In this document: positions 60,426 to 64,000 of the stretch, one piece after another
Layout of the letters: each line of letters opens with the position of its first letter
Numbering within the stretch: the first letter of the stretch is position 1
Assembly (NCBI RefSeq): GCF_000349945.1
Contig: NC_020516.1
Span: 2,870,311 to 2,934,310 of the forward strand
From: Azoarcus sp. KH32C
GTDB taxonomy: Bacteria > Pseudomonadota > Gammaproteobacteria > Burkholderiales > Rhodocyclaceae
DNA length: 64,000 nucleotides
Reading direction: 5' to 3'
Notes under the pieces: generated by a model
Told to the model about the DNA's origin: nothing
Seen by the model: the letters and a program-made list of their open reading frames with translations, nothing else
Databases searched by the model: none
Made by a program: the position numbers and the translations under genes

Positions 60426-61865
60426 ATGACACAAGAAAGACATGGCCTGCATATCGGAAAGGTCACCCACCACGAATTGAAACAGACCCTGAATGCCTGG
60501 CAGCTGTGGGGTATTGCAGTTGGATTGGTTATTTCCGGAGAATATTTCGGCTGGAGTTACGGCTGGGCTTCGGCCGGCACATTGGGATTCGTCATCACCT
60601 CGATTTTCATCGCGGCGATGTATACGACTTTCATTTTCAGCTTTACCGAATTGACGAGTTCGATCCCCCATGCGGGCGGCCCCTTCGCTTATGGACGGCA
60701 CGCTTTCGGGCCGGTGGGCGGTTATCTCGCGGGTTTCGCGACGCTCGTGGAATTCGTCTTCGCCCCGCCTGCGATTGCGCTGGCGATCGGGGCCTACCTC
60801 AACGTGCAGTTCCCTGAGCTGAATCCGAAGGATGCGGCCGTCGGGGCCTACATCGTCTTCATGCTGTTGAATATCGTTGGCGTGGAGATTGCCGCGACTT
60901 TTGAATTGTTCGTCACGGTCATCGCGATCTTCGAATTGCTCGTGTTCATGGGCGTCGTGTCGCCCGGATTCTCGCTCGACAATTTCACCAAGGGTGGCTG
61001 GTCCGGCCAGGACGAATTCAGCCTCGCGGCGATTCCCGGCATGTTCGCCGCGGTGCCGTTCGCGATCTGGTTCTTCCTTGCGATCGAAGGCGTTGCGATG
61101 GCGGCCGAGGAAGCGAAGGATCCGAAGCGCTCGATTCCTATCGCCTACGTCACCGGAATCCTGACGCTGCTCGTCCTCGCCATCGGCGTGATGACTTTCG
61201 CCGGCGCTTCGGGGGACTGGACCAAACTCTCCAATATCAACGATCCGCTGCCGCAGGCGATGCGCTCGATCGTCGGTGAGAACAGCGGCTGGACGCACAT
61301 GCTGGTCTGGCTGGGGCTCTTCGGTCTGATCGCCTCCTTCCACGGCATCATCCTCGGCTATTCGCGGCAGATCTTCGCGCAGGCCCGGGCCAACTACCTG
61401 CCCGCCTATTTCGCCAAGGTGCATCCGCGCTTCAAGACGCCCCACCGCGCCATCATTGCCGGCGGTGTGGTCGGCATCGCGGCGATCTATAGCGACGAGC
61501 TGATCCAGTTCGGCGGCCAGACGCTCACCGCGAACGTCGTCACGATGTCCGTGTTCGGCGCGATCGTGATGTACATCATCAGCATGGCGGCGCTGTTCAA
61601 GCTGCGCCGCTCGGAACCGGGCATGGCGCGCCCCTTCGTCGCGCCGATGTATCCGTGGTTCCCGGCCTTCGCGCTGCTGGCGGCCGTGGTGTGCCTCGTG
61701 ACGATGATCTACTACAACCCGCTCATCGCGGCGCTCTTCTTCGGCCTGATGGCTGCCGGCTACGTCGTGTTCCACCTGACCCGCCACCAGCGCGAAGTCG
61801 CGCCGCTGGACGATCTGCTGGAGTCGCCCGCCGAGCTCGCCGCCGAAGCGAACGTTGCCCGCTGA
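60426..61865 (+). CDS. eat: ethanolamine permease (APC superfamily, Eat/EutP type)
   Basis: 479 aa with 12 TM. N-terminal region LKQTLNAWQLWGIAVGLVISGEYFGWSYGW is typical of ethanolamine permeases. Adjacent to eutB. Confidence 0.8.
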   Translation: MTQERHGLHIGKVTHHELKQTLNAWQLWGIAVGLVISGEYFGWSYGWASAGTLGFVITSIFIAAMYTTFIFSFTELTSSIPHAGGPFAYGRHAFGPVGGYLAGFATLVEFVFAPPAIALAIGAYLNVQFPELNPKDAAVGAYIVFMLLNIVGVEIAATFELFVTVIAIFELLVFMGVVSPGFSLDNFTKGGWSGQDEFSLAAIPGMFAAVPFAIWFFLAIEGVAMAAEEAKDPKRSIPIAYVTGILTLLVLAIGVMTFAGASGDWTKLSNINDPLPQAMRSIVGENSGWTHMLVWLGLFGLIASFHGIILGYSRQIFAQARANYLPAYFAKVHPRFKTPHRAIIAGGVVGIAAIYSDELIQFGGQTLTANVVTMSVFGAIVMYIISMAALFKLRRSEPGMARPFVAPMYPWFPAFALLAAVVCLVTMIYYNPLIAALFFGLMAAGYVVFHLTRHQREVAPLDDLLESPAELAAEANVAR

Positions 61866-61882
61866 AATAGGAACACTCCACA

Positions 61883-63181
61883 ATGGATAAGAAGCCCCTC
61901 CGCCTTACCTCGATCCTGCTGGCATCCGTTCTTGGCGCGAGCCTCGTCGGGTGCGCGCAAACGCCGCCGAACGCCCTCGCCGCCTCGGCCGTCACGGCAC
62001 CCGCAAAGCTCTCCGCTGGCCGCTGGGACGGCTTCAACCGCGAGCGCATCGATGCGCTGATCGCTGCCTACGGCAAGTCGGCTCCCGGCTACGATGCGGC
62101 GAAGCCGCCGTATGTCGTGTTCGACTGGGACAACACCAGCATCTTCCTCGACGTCGAAGAGGCGGTGCTCGTGTATCAACTGCAGAACCTCGTGTTCGGT
62201 GCCACCCCCGAGCAGCTGGACCGCGCGATCCGCAAGGACGTTCCGCACGCCGCCTTCGGCAAGGACTACAACAACGCAGCCGGCGCGCCGGTCAACGTCG
62301 ATGCGGTGGCGACCGACATCGTCGCGAGCTACACCTGGCTGTATCGCAACTACGCCGGCCTGAAGGGGGACAAGCCGCTCGACGAGATCAAGCGCAGTCC
62401 GCACTACGAGGCCTTCATCACGAAGATGCGCTATCTCTACGAGGCGATCGGGGACACCTTCGATCATGCCGTGTCCTATCCTTGGGTGACATATCACTTC
62501 ACGGGGATGACCGAGGCGCAAGTGCGCAAGCTGACCGCCGATAGCGTGGCCTGGCAGCTGTCGCAACCGGTCGGCAAGGTGAAATGGACGAGTCCGGCGG
62601 AGCTGCCGGGCCGCGCCGGGGTCGTATCGATCTCGTGGAAGGACGGCTTGCGGCTGGTGCCCGAGATGCAGGAGCTGTATCGCACCTTGCGTGATGCGGG
62701 CTTCGACCTGTGGGTGTGCTCCGCGTCCTTCATCGACGTCGTCAAGGAGATCTCGTCGAATGCGCAGTTCGGCTACAACAACCCGGCGGACCGCGTGCTT
62801 GCGATGGAGCTCGAGCGCAACGCGGATGGCGTGATCCGGGGCGAGTTCCGTCGCGGATACGACCAGACGCAGGGCGTGGGCAAGACGCAAAACATCCGGC
62901 GCTTTCTGGTCTCCAAGTATGGGTACGGGCCAGTGTTCGTCGCGGGCGACAGCGAGGGCGACCAGAACATGATGCAGGACTTCGCCGACACGCGGATGGT
63001 GCTGATCGTCAATCGGCTCAAAGGCGAGGACATCGGCAAGTTCGCGCAAGTCGCCGTTGCGAGCCATGGCCAGTCCGACGCGAAGTATCTGCTGCAAGGG
63101 CGCAACGACAACACCGGGGAATTCGTGCCCTCGCAGTTGCACTACAAGCTCGGCAGTACCGAGGGCAAGGCGCTGAAGTGA
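61883..63181 (+). CDS. periplasmic HAD-superfamily phosphatase lipoprotein (PchP-like phosphocholine/phosphoethanolamine phosphatase candidate)
   Basis: Lipoprotein signal with lipobox (LVGCAQ). HAD motif I DxDNT (VVFDWDNTSIF). Motif IV GDSEGDQNM. 432 aa. Confidence 0.55.
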   Translation: MDKKPLRLTSILLASVLGASLVGCAQTPPNALAASAVTAPAKLSAGRWDGFNRERIDALIAAYGKSAPGYDAAKPPYVVFDWDNTSIFLDVEEAVLVYQLQNLVFGATPEQLDRAIRKDVPHAAFGKDYNNAAGAPVNVDAVATDIVASYTWLYRNYAGLKGDKPLDEIKRSPHYEAFITKMRYLYEAIGDTFDHAVSYPWVTYHFTGMTEAQVRKLTADSVAWQLSQPVGKVKWTSPAELPGRAGVVSISWKDGLRLVPEMQELYRTLRDAGFDLWVCSASFIDVVKEISSNAQFGYNNPADRVLAMELERNADGVIRGEFRRGYDQTQGVGKTQNIRRFLVSKYGYGPVFVAGDSEGDQNMMQDFADTRMVLIVNRLKGEDIGKFAQVAVASHGQSDAKYLLQGRNDNTGEFVPSQLHYKLGSTEGKALK

Positions 63182-63219
63182 GCGGCGAGAAGGATGGCGA
63201 AAGGAATGGAGGACCAAGG

Positions 63220-64000
63220 ATGAGCGGCTATTCTCACACCATCGACGGCCAGGTCTGGCGCTTTCCGGATCTGAAGGCGCTGATGGCGAAGGCGAGTCCC
63301 GCGCGCTCCGGCGATCAGCTCGCAGGCATCGCCGCGGCCAGCGACGAGGAGCGCGTCGCCGCCCAGATGGCGCTGGCCGAGTTGCCGTTGCAGCGCTTTC
63401 TCGACGAGGCGCTGATCCCGTACGAGACCGACGAAGTCACGCGGCTGATCATGGACGAGCACGACGCGGCTGCGTTCGCCCCGGTCAGCCACCTGACCGT
63501 GGGTGACTTCCGCAACTGGCTGCTGTCCGAGGAGGCCGACGAGGCGGCGCTTGCCGCGCTCGCGCCCGGCCTGACGCCCGAGATGGCCGCGGCCGTCAGC
63601 AAGATCATGCGCGTGCAGGACCTGATCCTCGTCGCGAAGAAATGCCGCGTCGTCACGGCCTTCCGCAACACGATCGGATTGCCGGGGCGGCTTTCGACGC
63701 GGCTGCAGCCCAACCACCCGACCGACGAGCCCAGCGGCGTCGCCGCGAGCATCGTCGACGGGCTGATGTACGGCAGCGGCGACGCCGTGATCGGCATCAA
63801 CCCGGCCACCGACAGCGTCTCCGCCGTGACGACGCTGATCCGCATGCTGGACGCGATCATCACGAAGTACGAGATCCCGACCCAGTCCTGTGTGCTGACG
63901 CACGTCACCACGAGCATCGAGGCGATCAACCGCGGCGCGCCCGTGGATCTCGTGTTCCAGTCGATCGCCGGCACCGAGGCCGCGAACGCCGGCTTTGGCA
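63220..64000 (+). CDS. eutB: ethanolamine ammonia-lyase large subunit (5' part; continues beyond window)
   Basis: MSGYSHTIDGQVWRFPDLKALMAKASPARSGDQLAGIAA... is colinear with the EutB N-terminus. Conserved TVGDF and GINPATDS segments. Confidence 0.9.
   Translation, partial: MSGYSHTIDGQVWRFPDLKALMAKASPARSGDQLAGIAAASDEERVAAQMALAELPLQRFLDEALIPYETDEVTRLIMDEHDAAAFAPVSHLTVGDFRNWLLSEEADEAALAALAPGLTPEMAAAVSKIMRVQDLILVAKKCRVVTAFRNTIGLPGRLSTRLQPNHPTDEPSGVAASIVDGLMYGSGDAVIGINPATDSVSAVTTLIRMLDAIITKYEIPTQSCVLTHVTTSIEAINRGAPVDLVFQSIAGTEAANAGFG

Noticed and set aside
63142-63974. Two minus-strand ORFs (253 aa and 219 aa)
   Set aside because: Antisense to the clearly recognisable eutB 5' region.

Overview
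This is a high-GC (~67%) proteobacterial chromosome segment. The codon usage and porin type suggest a Betaproteobacteria/Rhodocyclales-like organism, but that is inference only. Annotation was done by eye from the six-frame ORF track; no database search was run.

Content in order along the window:
- (1) 1-7.6 kb: Dpp/Opp-type ABC importer (SBP 3' end, two permeases, fused double ATPase) followed by an HcnABC/opine-oxidase-like heterotrimeric flavoprotein dehydrogenase (2Fe-2S subunit plus two FAD subunits) and a bicupin.
- (2) 7.6-10.4 kb: an Asp/Glu-racemase-family gene, then a clearly lower-GC insert carrying an ornithine-cyclodeaminase-family gene and a threonine-dehydratase-like PLP gene (EutA/EutC/EutB-like trio). 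The insert abuts an HTH-only AraC fragment and a rho-independent terminator.
- (3) 11-15 kb: minus-strand cluster of PepSY-TM protein, porin, DUF4198 periplasmic protein and a membrane-anchored PDR/VanB-type flavin/2Fe-2S reductase. This may be a metal/siderophore reductive uptake module.
- (4) Housekeeping and regulatory genes: gabD-like aldehyde dehydrogenase, GAF-(degenerate GGDEF)-EAL protein, pirin, gpmI, rluA, BtuF-like binding protein, leuCD, LysR.
- (5) 27-34 kb: an rtc RNA-repair locus. It has rtcR (CARF-AAA+ sigma-54 activator) divergent from a sigma-54 promoter, a leader containing two tandem tRNA-like structured RNA modules, a slipin/SPFH gene and rtcB. There is no rtcA and no rsr. 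A J-domain protein and a hypothetical gene lie downstream of rtcR.
- (6) 34-37 kb: membrane CheA-like (Hpt + CheA-type HATPase) kinase, CheY and CheX.
- (7) bdhA, patatin-like lipase, ppnN, an RND efflux pump (MFP-RND-OMF), hydrolase, LysR, acyl-CoA ligase, COX III/IV-like pair, MCP, sCache protein, MocR regulator.
- (8) 55-58.2 kb: a ~3.2 kb low-GC island with three ORFs (unknown protein, HNH_2-type endonuclease, membrane protein). This is a candidate novel defence module.
- (9) AraC regulator, TIGR02001-type outer-membrane protein, ethanolamine permease, a PchP-like periplasmic HAD lipoprotein and eutB (partial).

Many long ORFs in the track are antisense artefacts of the high GC content and were rejected.
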